A DNA stretch of 63,614 nucleotides, filler included, from Choristocarpus tenellus KU-1152 (Eukaryota; Protista; Phaeophyceae): the NCBI GenBank assembly GCA_964200185.2. It is 8 parts of 8 records of this genome, joined end to end, with 100 filler letters (N's around TTAATTAATTAA, not from the genome) between each part and the next. Parts side by side here need not be neighbours in the genome. Positions count along the whole stretch, not along the records: positions 38,028 to 43,339 come from CAXNAD020011189.1; positions 43,440 to 54,743 come from CAXNAD020002397.1; 6 more parts are not named here. The stretch is one strand, 5' to 3'. Position 1 is the first letter of the stretch, and every line of letters starts with the position of its first letter. The notes beneath the pieces are model-generated. The model made no database searches and had not been told where the DNA came from. It saw nothing but the letters and a program-made list of their open reading frames with translations. Positions 39,880 through 52,478 of this stretch are shown here, in pieces. The translations under genes were made by a program, and so were the position numbers.

Positions 39880-41285
39880 ACAGCTAGTTTACGAACTAGC
39901 CCAGTGCAATATTGGGGAAATAGCTCTAAGCAACGAACCTAAGAATAATGTGAACCATAAACTCCCACTATACGAACCCGGAGATAAAGTGTGGCTTCAC
40001 AAACCACATACTTCAGCCAATACACCGAACCCAAGTTATTGTCCCCATGGAGAGGACCTTATGAAGTGAAGGAACACCCGTTGCATATTGCGTAAAAAGC
40101 TTGGAAGATTGACGTGAAGTGACAGTTCATTTTGCCAGACTTGATCTCTACAAGGAAGGAACAGCCACCGAAGCTGACATTGATGGCCTTAGTTCACTCT
40201 TTTTAGGCCAGGTATTACCCGAACCAAATTATTGATCAGGGGTCAAAGACACAGCCAACTATTAGGTCTTACAATGTAGAGGGCATTGTTGGCCATAAGC
40301 GAGGTGAAGGAAGAAAGGCCACCCGCAATTATTTATGCCGGCTTCGCTTGCAGGGATATTCACCGGCCAGTGATATGTACGGCGCAAACCCACTGAAATA
40401 CCTGAATGTACAGAGATGATCGCAGCCTATAGGGATGAGAACAAGTTGGACCTCCCTAATGTAAGAGCAACTGACCAAGCGACTTGTCATAATCGAAAGA
40501 TACCTGCCACAACAACAGCCGAAGAACTTGTGTTACCACCAACCGGACGTCCACCTACAAGCAGCCGTGCCTCCTCTAATACTTATGATATCCCTCCTAG
40601 TGGATCAGAAAGTGCAATGAATGCCTCTATACTAGTTGTTCGCCGGCCTGGTGAGTTGCCATCAGATTCCAAAGATAGGAAAAATGTTTCCTTTTCACTA
40701 CCAAGATGGTGGAAGCGACGCCGATAAATTCTTGAAGACCATACCATCTCTCAGTCCGGGTGGTATTTCAGAGCTGGTCTAATTAACGACTTGAGGATCG
40801 TGGGATAGAAAAAATGCTCTTATCTGGAAACATCAACACAGATTGGTCCTATCTGTGAGATACCTCAACACCTTCGCGGTGGAAAGTTTGGGCGCCTCAG
40901 CAAGCTTGCAAGCGGAATGCTTCCTGGATGAACTGGCTACTCACATGGTAGGGGGACTGGGGCGGGTAATTATAGCGGGAAAGGAGTAGTTAAGTCCCGG
41001 CTACGCCAAATTGTCTCGGTACTACACAAGTGGCACTGTCCAGACGTGTCATGCGTTTTAAGTTGGAATCACTAGGAAGATGGACACGGAGGGTTTATTG
41101 CATTCTTGGGATGCCTCCCTAGCTCCTCCCACTGGGGCACAGGTATAATAGGTAGATTGGAGACACAAGAAGGCAGTAGTACAACATAGTGAAGTAACAA
41201 ATAGATTAGTGTGTTTCACATTTAGGGCATTTTATTTCTTTAAGGCTTATACTGACACATCTACAAAATGTCAGTGGGCATAATT
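39880..41285 (+). mobile_element. 3' end of a Ty3/Gypsy chromovirus: integrase GPY/F motif, chromodomain, PPT, 3' LTR
   Basis: YEPGDKVWLHKP...PKLLSPWRGPYEV (GPY/F), VTVHFARL, YNVEGIVGHKRGEG..NYLCRLRLQGYSPASD...EIPECTEMIAAYR (chromodomain), G-rich tract ~40950-40966, LTR ~40967-41285; frameshifted. Confidence 0.85.
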
Positions 41286-42299
41286 ATTCTGTGAGAAGAA
41301 TACATACTTTTTCAAAATATTATTTAGCACAACTATAATATTTGACTTTACACCAACTAAAACAAATGCGCATTTAACGAAATATTTTAAGTCCAAGTTT
41401 TCTGGTAGTTCAAGCACCCTGAAGGCAAGATGTTGAAGAAGAGGTGATAGTAAGGGATGATGAGTCTTCCAACCACCCTTGACACTATCCCCACAACACT
41501 CCCCAATAGACAACTTGATGTGCCAAAGCTGTGGTGATACTGAGCTTCATCCACTCGGATCCCTGGGAGACAGGTAGGTCCACGCCATTTTTCTCACTGC
41601 GCTTTCCACCCGTTAACACAGATTTCACTTGGACTAGAGTACGACCTAGGGCTGATCACCACTAGTGCTCCCCCTTTTCATTTTTCTTTGCCCTGAGTTT
41701 ATTCAACCAGGATGTTTTTTTCGTTGTTTTTTTTCCTCCCAAAGATGGACCTGTCCGACATGAAGTGCTGGCCAGTCACTTATGTGTTTGTGTCGGATAG
41801 AATTCACACTGGGGGGGAGGTAATGTCAGGGACAGGTTCCTTTTTGGAATCTCCGACACACACATTTGTGGATAAGACGCGCGGCCATATACATTTGCGC
41901 GCGCCAACCACATCATTGGAACTCTCCCATACCGACTAGTTCATAAAACCAACCACACCCATAAGATCCGGATTTGACCAAAAAGCCAAAAGGACTGCCA
42001 GAACGAAGATCCATTCCGATTCTGACCGATCCATTTCTCTGCTATGACCATGTTCAGTCATTCTAGGACATCTATTGTGCATTCAGGTTTTTGTTCTGTT
42101 CTGGATTTTCCTCAACTGACTTTGAGATGTTGGGCCAAAATCTTTGCAACTCGGTCTCACCCTCTGAGGTGGAAGAGTTCAGTTTGGTGATTGTGATTGC
42201 CCCCTTGTACAGAAGGCTTTGATGCCTTGGCACTTCCACAATAGTAGTAATAATAAATAATCCATAGATATTTCACATCAAACATTCATAAATTTATAT

Positions 42300-42645
42300 T
42301 ATTATACCCTCTGACACTTCAGATGTGTCAGGTGAAAAAACAATGAAAACTATTTACATGTCAGAATAACCCCTAAAAAGTTAACAATTGTCGTAAATGT
42401 GAAAGACCTTAATCTTTTTACTATTTTACTACCAGGTATGCTCCACCACTGCCTTCCCATGGCCCTAATAACCTACCTTAGTTCTGCGCCCCAGGGTGAG
42501 GAGGTAGGGAAGCATCCCAAGATCTATAAAGTCCCGTCTCCAGCTTAAAACGCATGACACGTCTAGATAGGGCTACTTACGTTGTGACAGAGACTATCTG
42601 TCGTATATCATACTTCAACTAATCCAGCACTCCTCCTCCAGTCAA
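42300..42645 (-). mobile_element. Solo LTR of the same chromovirus family, reverse
   Basis: Reverse complement matches 9223-9570 (cagcttaaaacgcatgacac, gagactatctg, taaatgtgaaagac). Confidence 0.7.
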
Positions 42646-43296
42646 CCGAGACTTTATTAAAAAAGGAAAAAAAGTCCTTGCACCACAAGCAAGTGAAAAA
42701 CGCATTTTTTAGAACAAACACACCAAGCGCGATGCAGGATCACCCACAGGATATAACATAACTTTTATTCACTATCGGAGACACCTGATCACAATTTCTC
42801 GGATCAGTGAGTGTCAACACACCACTACTAGTTTGTTGCAACTAGGGACTCATCAGGGAGAAGTGACTAATTTTAACAATACTTTGAAATTATTGCGTGG
42901 CGTGGCGATTCGCCATACTTCACGACCGAAGAACTGTCTGCTGTCTGTCTACTACTAGGCAACGCTTGACTCAAAGCACCTTTTCCATGAGACGAACGGC
43001 AGGTATGAGGGGCGCGCGGGGTGTTGATGATCGGATTTTGGTCCATTGTATGCTGGAGAAGAGGAGGTGTTCAAGGAAGGTGCGTTCAGATCAAAGAAAT
43101 TGCCCTTACATCTGACATGTGCACTCTTATGACATAATATCGCTACAGGATCACACGGGCCCCGAAAGAACCACGGTCTCCCCCTCTAGGATAATATGAT
43201 CCTTTCCTTGTGGTGAACGGAACTCCTGATATTAGGACATTACGAAGGCCATAATCGATCCTGCAACTACATAAAGCATAGCCAAGCCGAAGAATC

Positions 43297-43339
43297 GGGT
43301 CAAAGTATCTGGGGGGGGGTGTCGGTGTCCGTTTTTCAC
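43297..43339 (-). mobile_element. Sola2-like MITE subfamily B terminus at contig end
   Basis: gggtcaaagtatctggggggggg...gtccgttt. Confidence 0.65.
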
Positions 43340-43439
43340 NNNNNNNNNNNNNNNNNNNNNNNNNNNNNNNNNNNNNNNNNNNNTTAATTAATTAANNNNN
43401 NNNNNNNNNNNNNNNNNNNNNNNNNNNNNNNNNNNNNNN
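43340..43439. other. Artificial contig linker
   Basis: 44N-TTAATTAATTAA-44N. Confidence 0.98.
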
Positions 43440-43585
43440 TTTCCTTCCCCGCCCCTTTCGGTTCCTTTGCTCTTCAATACTGGGCCCAGCAAATCCGAGG
43501 GTTTTCCCCCCCCCCCCCCCCCCCCCCGGCTCATGTTTCTACTAACCATCTTTGTTATTTACACTTTCATGAGCGTCGTACACAT

Positions 43586-46008
43586 TCACGGACCCAACAA
43601 CGGCCAACAAATAACTGATGCCACACAGGCATGTTTGACACAAGAACAACACCCTGTAAGACCCCTGGTATTTGTCCTCTTTTGCGTATCACCTGCAGCC
43701 ATCCCATTCCCATATGTTGTATCCTTCGTTATCGTTCCTCGGTGACGGACAATGAGATACATGTAGGGAAACTGCTCCAATCAGGAGGGGGTCCACCCAA
43801 TGATGTCGATGCAGATAGGTGAACAGAAATTACACACAGGAAAGGTGAGAGGTTAGACAGTCGATCGCGGGAGACTTCTTCAGCAGCTATGGAAGTAGTG
43901 GGTTGCTGCTCTGTGGCTGCATGAGGACCACAAGGTCTACAGGATCAAAGTTAACACTTTTATGATTGAGTGAGAGGGCGTGAGTGGGTAAGCCTACTAC
44001 AGCGGTCAAACCCAAAGGGTTAGGGAGAGAGGGACTCTGCACAACAAATGCAAACTATTCAGAAAGGATCAAAAGTTAATCGCCAACAGCAGAAAGAGGT
44101 GAATGCATATATTTGTAGAAGTAGTCACATTCCCTCTCAAAAATCCTCAAAAAACTGGAGCAACTGAAGAGTGTTTCCAAGCGTCTCTTATCCCTTGTAC
44201 ATGAGGTGGGGGAGAGCCAGAGAAAAGGGGGCATACTATGAGTCACCTGGACGACCCAGATCATGGAAGCAAATGCTGCAACCCCCCTCATGGCTGATTG
44301 GTGGCTGCATGAATACTGGGTGTAGTCCCCGTCATAGTCTGAGTCACAATCTGCTAGCTGGCCCTGGTAGGTACCAGAACCAGAACATGACGAGAATAGG
44401 CAAGTGAGTGGCAAAAGCAAGGATGCATGTGCACTCTACACGCAAGTTTCTCTGACTACCAAAGTCCACCGGAGCGGTGGGAGGGGGGGGGGGGGGGGAA
44501 ACCACAGGTAAGTCTCGAGTGGTACTGGCTACTTTCAATATGTTGTGGTTCAACCATAGATATCAGATTGACTCGGCAATCTTATAAATACAATAACTTG
44601 AGCTTCAACCTTAACTCTACACCGATAGATCGAAATGTGTTTATATGACCTACTCTACAAGTACAGAGGGTCTTCATTAGCAAAATACTACCCATACACA
44701 AGTAGTATAAACACATAATTTAAACATAACTGCAACTTGTGCTTCATGAGTGACTTAAGACAGGACGTTGTGCATTCCATCAACATAGAGCTCTTATATA
44801 TATATATATATGCACTGCAGAGCAGTAACATGCAGGCCTTATCAGATTAAGTTCAAAATTCATCTGAACAAGGGTGCGGTGCAGGCTAAGAGTGAAGATG
44901 GAGTGTTTTCTACGTGAGTGGTTTTTGGTGAAGGGGGGAGAGGGGCAACAAACCCAGTAAATGGCAGTCATGATGACCAGGAAGAACATGACCAGGGAAA
45001 CGCCGATTAGGAAACCGTGCTGTGCCCGAGAAGCGAAGGGTTCGTAGTATGGATCGAACAGTGAAAGGGGGTGGGAAAAACAGCCAATACAGGGAATAGC
45101 ATTTGTACAACAGATGCCAGATAATGTGTCAGAGATGAGAGTGAGGGCTGCAGATTAGAAATAGTAGTGGGTAAGTGGAGATATAGGTGGGACTGGAGTT
45201 GCCATGAGATGAAGCTCACGTATAGAATAATAATAATATCTTTACACACGCAGTCAACTTTTGATTTCACGTCGAGCCCCATGTAGTTTGACTTTCCCCC
45301 CCCCTTCCTTCCAGTGCACTTACCCCCAGAGCTAGCATGGTATAATTTGTTGAAAAAGCTTTGGATCTCACCGACATTGGACGGGGACCGATTTTCATCA
45401 GCCAGATCGTGCCCAACTCCCAGGCGAACAAGAGAGAGCCTGTCAAGACAACGTTGAAGCCTGCATTCTCGATAGTGGCTACCACACAAGCACAGATGAA
45501 GAAGGCAGACGAGAACAACTGCAGGAACAAGTCGGGTACATGGACGAGGGCAGTGTTGGCACAGGATCTCGTACAGCGATTCAGATGGACAACATACAGG
45601 TAGTGGTATCACGATCTCCCCGACCGAGGAGGCTGGAAAGTAGTCGTCGTGGTGTCAGTTGACCGAAAACCAATGTCGTGGAAATATCCACTTTAATAAA
45701 GGAACACAAGGTGTACAGAGAAGCATAAACTCTCAACAGTCAGTCGAGCACCAAGGGTACAGGGCTTTCCCTGTCCTGACAACGGCGTAAGGTTAAAAAA
45801 TGGTTCAAGGTAGGACAGACGGAAGAGATCACGTAGCACGAGAGGACCACACCACGTAATGGCATTCCCACCCCACGTCACCCACACGTAGCCAACTCAC
45901 AAGCATAATTCCTGAAAGCCCACTGATGACGTTCCGCATATATTGTGGCTCATCCTGCTTCTCAAGGAATCCATCCCAAAGAGCTGCTGGCGATGCCATG
46001 TTCTCCAT
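43586..46008 (-). CDS. Uncharacterised ~200-aa four-TM membrane protein
   Basis: Phase-0 exons 45901-46008 (MENMASP...GLSGIML), 45372-45518 (LFSSAFFICACVVATIENAGFNVVLTGSLLF...), 44954-45019 (HGFLIGVSLVMFFLVIMTAIYW), 44247-44363 (GQLADC...YSCSHQSAMRGVAAFASMIWVVQ), and from 43771 (FPYMYLIVRHR...; ends at stop 43586 or splices at 43693). All GT-AG, no stops. Confidence 0.85.
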
Positions 46009-46251
46009 ATTTTTCCAAGAACAAAATCGAGGGTAGAGGTTATTACCCTAGTGCCTCTAATACAGATTTATCGATGCAGTGTCTCCGTTCTACAACCCCC
46101 AACCGGTCACTATGATCAGATTGCAATAGCGAGAGGTATACTTGAAATTGAAACCTGTGTGTAGAGTGTATCGAACTTTCTCCACTACACCTGAGTACCC
46201 TAACCCTAGATGATTGTCTATATTTGTTCAACTCACACTTCACGTTTAAAC
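46009..46251. promoter_or_regulatory. Putative bidirectional promoter (243 bp)
   Basis: Lies between two divergent start codons (46008 minus, 46252 plus); surrounding 5' exons are CpG-rich; contains accctaaccctag at ~46197. Confidence 0.6.
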
Positions 46252-48374
46252 ATGAATCCGAGTGAGGCTGACCACCTAGTGCGGAAGGCCGATGTTGAAA
46301 CAGGGGTTGGCAATGGGAGGGCGAAGATCTTTCGCGTGTTCATCACCGCTATGTCGGCTATCTCGGGATTTCTCTTCGGTTATGATACGGGAGTTGTGTC
46401 AGGCGCGATGTTGTTGTTGAGGGATGAGTTTGAGCTATCAGGATTTCAGCAGGTGACACGATACAGCAATCCATTGTTTATGAGTGAATGTAGGTTAGTG
46501 TGGAACGAGAATGTTGGTCTAAGTCGCGCCCATGCTTACTTCGTGCTTGTGTTCATGAGAGGTGCTTCAAAGTATGGCAGCCTGTTGTTCCAACACCTTT
46601 CATCTTGTTCTTATGCCCCCCTCAGGAGGTGGTTGTAAGCATTACTATGGTGGCTTCTATAATAGGATGCTTGATGGCTGGACGTGCTGACCGTTTCTGT
46701 GGTCGCTGGTCTATCATCTTTTTTTCGTCGATCGTTTTCACAGTTGGTGCACTGATGCTTGCTGCGGCACAGAGTTATAGGGTAAGTGAGTCTACTGGGC
46801 AACACAACCGATTACAAGTGACTACTTTGATCTTTCAGTTGTTTTGTATCGCTTTGGTACCCCGTACAGATTTCTCTGTTTGTTGGGAAGCGTGAAAACA
46901 CTCTTTGGCAGGTGCCTAGGTTCTTAGGACTGAAAGTCTTCTTAGCAAGTCGGGATGCACTTTTAGTGCGAGGTGCTAGGCGCTAGGTTATTAACCCTGC
47001 TAGTCACTTGCCCATGATGAGTGCATCAGTCTAGATGGAAGTAGACAGGGAGTGAAGAGAGCTGCTGGCCTTAACTCGCTTCCTGTGCAAGGTACTCACT
47101 GGACCGGAATCAACCTGATGGCCCCCTCTTTCGCTACGAACCTCACTTTTTGCCGCCTTACTTGCAGGTTCTCGTCGTCGGTCGTTTTGTGGTCGGCTTA
47201 GCCATAGGGTTAGCATCCATGACAAGCCCTGTGTACATTGCGGAGATTGCTCCAGCACATGAAAGGTTGGAATGACATAAGTTTCGTGAGGTTCACCCTA
47301 GAGCTATGGTCAGCATCTTAGTATGTGCACTACATGATTCATGTCTGCAAGTTGTCTACTAATCGAAAATTCTTTGCTTTTTCTCTTGGAAACAGCAATA
47401 GTTCCGGGTTGCAGCCTATTTTTCTTGGTGGTTGTTGTGAAGTACGGCACGATACGCGTTGTCCTGCTTACAACGTTTCGGTGAGTTCCACCTCAGTCAA
47501 AGCACAGAAAAAAATCTTGTAGTGCTCATCTGTGCAGTGCATGTTTGCATGTAGTGACCTAAGTGTGTTTTGCCCACTCCTGAGATATCACTTGCTCACT
47601 CTACATGAGAATGCTGCATGATGCATGGCCTTAAGGCAAATGAAAATCTCTGCTTCTCTCTGCTAGAGTGGACTGAACTCCCCTTCATCACCACAGTCAA
47701 GTCAGCCCTGGCTTTCCTCATCATGCCTAGTTACTTGAATCTCTACCAGTCTTTGCTCAGACTCTGACCAAATCTTTAAAGTGGAATAAAAGCCAGTTTC
47801 CTGGTCACTATCTCTTTGGCGTATTTTTATGCGAGCACACTACATCGCTATATTTTATTTTTTACAATTTTTACCTTCTGCAAATGGAACACAGGGGAAT
47901 GCTCACACTCTTGAACACACTCTTCATATCGGGGGGACAGTTTGTCGCTGGCATGGTCGACGGGGCTTTCAGCAACGTGCTGCATGGTTGGAGGTGGATG
48001 CTTGGTCTTGGGGCGGTTCCATCGCTGCTGCTAATGGCAGGGTGCATCCTCCTTCCCGAGTCTCCTCGATGGTTGATGAAGGAAGGAAGAGAAGAGGATG
48101 CAGAACATGTGTTAAGGACCATTCGGGGTGCGATGAGTTTGTTTGTACCTGTAGGAGATGAAGAGTATTGTGGTTGAAAGAGTCTCACATCTGAAGAGCA
48201 TTTTTTTGGGGGGGGAGCGGGAGGGGGATGTGAAGTTGAGGGGTATTTGATGCACTTGGTATGGTTATGCTGCAGGGGAGGTCTGCTGGGGGGCACACTG
48301 AAGGATTCCTTGATGGCCTTTTCTTGTTGATTGTAATTTGTTTAATGTGCGAGGGATCCTTTGAGCATTGCTTG

Positions 48375-48405
<31 letters not shown>

Positions 48406-48634
48406 TGCATGTTTTGTTGATGCCAACATTATTGATGCCCTTGTTATTGACTGTCCGGTGAAGAATCTGACGAGGAAATCCAACAGGAGATGGAGGACAT
48501 GAGGAAGTCTGTCGAAGAAAACAGTGGCCATGCACGCCTGTCAGGTATAGTGTATTCCTCAACTTCAAAAAATGAAACAAAAAAAACTAACGCGTTTGAA
48601 GTATAAACGTATATACGAGGCCTCATCTCTGGTG

Positions 48635-48668
<34 letters not shown>

Positions 48669-51600
48669 ACGACTCTCACAAAAAGCACACAAAAGCATCA
48701 AAACAAATATGGCATACTTTGGTAGACTGGGTGATCGAGGGTGTACCTCAAATTGGTAGATTGGTAGACGGTGTGCAGAGCTTTGTGAATGACATTTACT
48801 GCTTCTAGTGATTTGTGTGCTATACGCCGTGTCTGAAGGTGTTGCCGATAGACTCAGTCCTGTTGTCTTCTTGTGTTGCATGGCAGTTGACGTTAGTTGG
48901 TATCAGTCAATGCCGCTTTGACAAGGTTGGAGTGGAGGGGGGTAAGTGATGGTGTATGGTATTGGACGGCAGTATTCATGCATCCCGCGGCACTGACAAG
49001 GCCACTTGTACAGTGTCCTGCTATGATGAGAGTATCCGTTGGATGGATGTGCACAGGTTTTTGCCTCTAGGACGGAGAGCCTAATTACCATAAGACATAA
49101 TTGGTATTTTGGAAAATTCCAAGATTTTCTTAGTCCCCTTATTTTGTCATTTTCTCCTCTCTGCAGATCTATATTCCACACCAGGTGTGAGAAAGGCCAT
49201 GATCCTCGGATGTGGCCTCATGGTCTTGAACCAGTTCACAGGGATAAACACAATCATGTATTACGCTGCGTCTGTACTCAGGTGAGCCTTGAGGCGTTTT
49301 TTTTTTTTTAAGTATGGTACAGTCAGGGTACTACAGAATCATACCCCGCATTGCTTTCAAAGCATGGAACGTGAGCACAAAGTAGTGAGTGCTCCACGTG
49401 GATATTTGGAGTAGATTATGACTATAAGAAGTCGCATCTATTTACAACTGTAGCACAGTGGGGCGTACATGTTCTTCAGGTTTGAGGTTCAGGTGCTGAA
49501 ATGCTTGTTTGGCTTCATGTTCCCCACTGGCAACAATCTTCTCGGTTACTCCCCCTGGTACCATTGGCTTCCCAATGAACAAATCTTACTCACGTCACCG
49601 CTGTCGTTTCATTGGTCAGTAGTGTTGTAGACTAGACAGACCCCCTTTGATTTATTTATTTTTACAGCCCCTTGTCCATTCCTCTCCTATGCGCGTGAAA
49701 CACGACCAAGGTAATATTTAACAGTGAATCCTTGCAATATTAGCGTAAAGCTATTGTGTTATGACAGCTGCTGTCTGGTACAGAAGGGGAGCGAGCTTAT
49801 CCTAAAGATGAGGAAATTGAATGACAGGAGACCCAACCACTGGTGGTCCAAACCTACTGATGTGCTGGCAATCTTCACCTTCAAGCTCGCTTTCTTGCTT
49901 GCACCTTCTAGGCATTACCTACCATCTGCCCTTTAAACACTGGGGCATTGTTCCGCACCTGCCCTACCCCCACAGGCCATTGAGCGTAGCATCAATCCTG
50001 TACCCACCTGCATTCACCCAGCCTTTGAGACGCTCGTGTTGATACTTCATCTGCATTCCTTCATGATATTTTAACTGCCACTAACTCCCTTCCACCTCAC
50101 CACTGAAATCTCTTCCGCTTCATGCAGCATGGCAGGCTTCAACAACAGTACAGCAATCTGGTTGGCCGGCTTTGCTGCTCTGGCCCAAGCTACCGGAGTG
50201 ACGGGAGGCCTTTTTCTAGTTGAGCGGTACGGACGGCGTCCCCTCCTCCTCACTAGTCTAGTGTTAGTAACCCTGTCTTTGTGGGTGATAGGTCTGAGCT
50301 TTTTCCTTTTGCAGGGGGACTCTGCAACTGTGATGGACTCCGACCTCATCTCGTCGGACCTGAGCTGCTCCAGCTTCTCCAATGTTTTCCTTGGCCCTGG
50401 TAAGAACCGTCGCCATGTATCTAAGGCACGTACTTGAAAGTAGAGCTGATACGGTACTCCGAAACCTCTTTTGTGTTTCTGAAGTGGGTGCCATGTGTGT
50501 GTTGTATTTTGATCATTGACATCAGACATCGCCGTTGACTGAGTTCATTTGCCTCTCCTTCACCTCTCAGTAGTTGAAAACATACTCAGCAGCAGCTGTA
50601 TCTCCCCTGTGAAAACATTGGTGTCTGCTGGGAGGTAACCCTCCCCTCCCCCCCCATGTGCATCGGTACTTCCACCACAAATACAGTATTTATTGACCTG
50701 CTTTCAACCTCCTGGCTGGTCGTCTCCTTGAATTTTTCATTGGACTGTTGTAGTGCACGCTCTTAGTACCCTATATATCACACTCCCCATTCCTTCAGTG
50801 CACAAACCTTTCCTTTGCACACCCTGCTTTGCAGTGGTCGTCGAGAGCTGCAGTTCCTGTGTGGACTTGGACGGATGTGGCTTTTGCCAGCTGCCAGGAC
50901 TGGAGACTGGTGTGTGTTTGCAAGGCAGCGTTTCCTCTGACAGTGGTGGAGTATGCCCAGATGGTTCTGACTGGAAATTTTTCCAGTGTGAAGGAAACTT
51001 CGGTTGGCTGGGTGAGTGTTGATGACATGCTAGTTGTTTCAGTGGAGGTGATTGATTCCTTTGTAATCCATGTATATCAAGGTGGTTACACTGGTAATTT
51101 GTTTATTTATAATTTGCATTTGCTTGTGAGGTTCTTTTTCAGCAGAGCACTTTGGGCTTGCTATGGGCTGGTGAGGCTCCATGATTTTTTTTTTTTGCCA
51201 ACTCTCTGCCCTGAACCTTGTTCCCTCCAATGTGTAGCTCCTTTCCATGCACTCAGTCCTGGGAGTGGTATATAGGATGGGTTACTGTTTGGTGCAGTAT
51301 CCATTTGAAGGACGGCGAGGCTGCCAATCACTAGTTTGAAAGCGTAGTTTGGGCTTTTCCCAAGATGTTTGGATACGTGTATTGATTTACGATACCTCAT
51401 ATCAGAGTGAAAATATCTTAGAGGGTATGAGTTCTGCCCTTTTTGTCCGTTTGGGGCTTGGCTTCCCATGTTTTTTTTAATGACATTTTCCTTCTCCAAA
51501 ATGTTTAGGAGTAAGTAAAATATATACATTATGAAAAGGTGTGTCTGGAACAAGGATATTGACACTTACTAACAAACATGAGAGCCATAATTACATCAAA

Positions 51601-52478
51601 ACTACAACATTGGATTTTGACCCCCCAGATGAACACCGCTCTACCCTCTAAGATACTTTTGCTCATGACAGATGTAAAAACATCTTGAACATGATTAAGA
51701 AGTAGCATCACTGCAATACATTCTGTGGATGGTGATCTCACCTAATGTTTTAGTCTCATTGCTGGATGTGTCCCTGCTTTACATGTCGGGTCTGCCTGCC
51801 TTACATCAGCTACTCAGCACCCACCTCGCCACCCCAAAAACTTTAGTGAGACCAAGGCATAGTGTCAAATGACGTTCCCCATGTAAAGAAGGATGACAAA
51901 TGAGATTCGCCCTCACATACAATAGTATCAGAGAAGTATGGCATACCTGACCCTGTTACTTGCCATTCTGCCTTGTCCTCGCCCCCCCCCCAAACCCTCT
52001 TGGCCCCTTGCTGTGCTGCACTTCCTTGGCATTAGCTGTACTGGCCATGGTGGCATATCTCTTATTTTTTGGCATCGGCATGTCGGGCATCCCCTGGACA
52101 ATGAATGCCGAGCTTTACCCCCTCCATATACGGTCTCTCGCTACGTCTGTTGCTACTGCGGTGAACTGGATCAGCAATGTGTTTGTTAGCGCCACCTTCC
52201 TGTCAATCACATCCCCAACGGTTTTCACAAAGCAAGGGGCGTTCTGGTTGTATGCTATTGTGGGTATGGTGGGGTGGGCATGGCTCTATGTGGTAATGCC
52301 CGAGACTGCCGGCTTGTCATTGGAAGAGATAAAACAGCTCTTTGTTCCCACAGAGCAAGAAGTCGAGAATTGTAATGAGGGTCACGTTGAGAGTCCAGTG
52401 CCAAGGAAGTTTGTCCAATACATGAAGGTAGCCCAGGAAGAAGTGGGGCGACGGTCTTCCCCAGTGGGGGTCAGTTAG
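46252..52478 (+). CDS. MFS sugar porter, myo-inositol/H+ symporter (INT/HMIT, SLC2A13-like), 9 exons, ~591 aa
   Basis: Exons 46252-46452, 46626-46781, 47168-47265, 47895-48127, 48464-48544, 49167-49281, 50128-50399, 50835-51011 and 52036-52478 join in phase. Motifs [15 protein letters not shown].x[54 protein letters not shown]; Cys-rich external loop. Confidence 0.95.
51405..51664 (+). mobile_element. Sola2-like MITE in the last intron of the inositol transporter
   Basis: TIRs gagtgaaaatatcttagagggta / taccctctaagatacttttgctc; flanks atca/atga. Confidence 0.85.
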
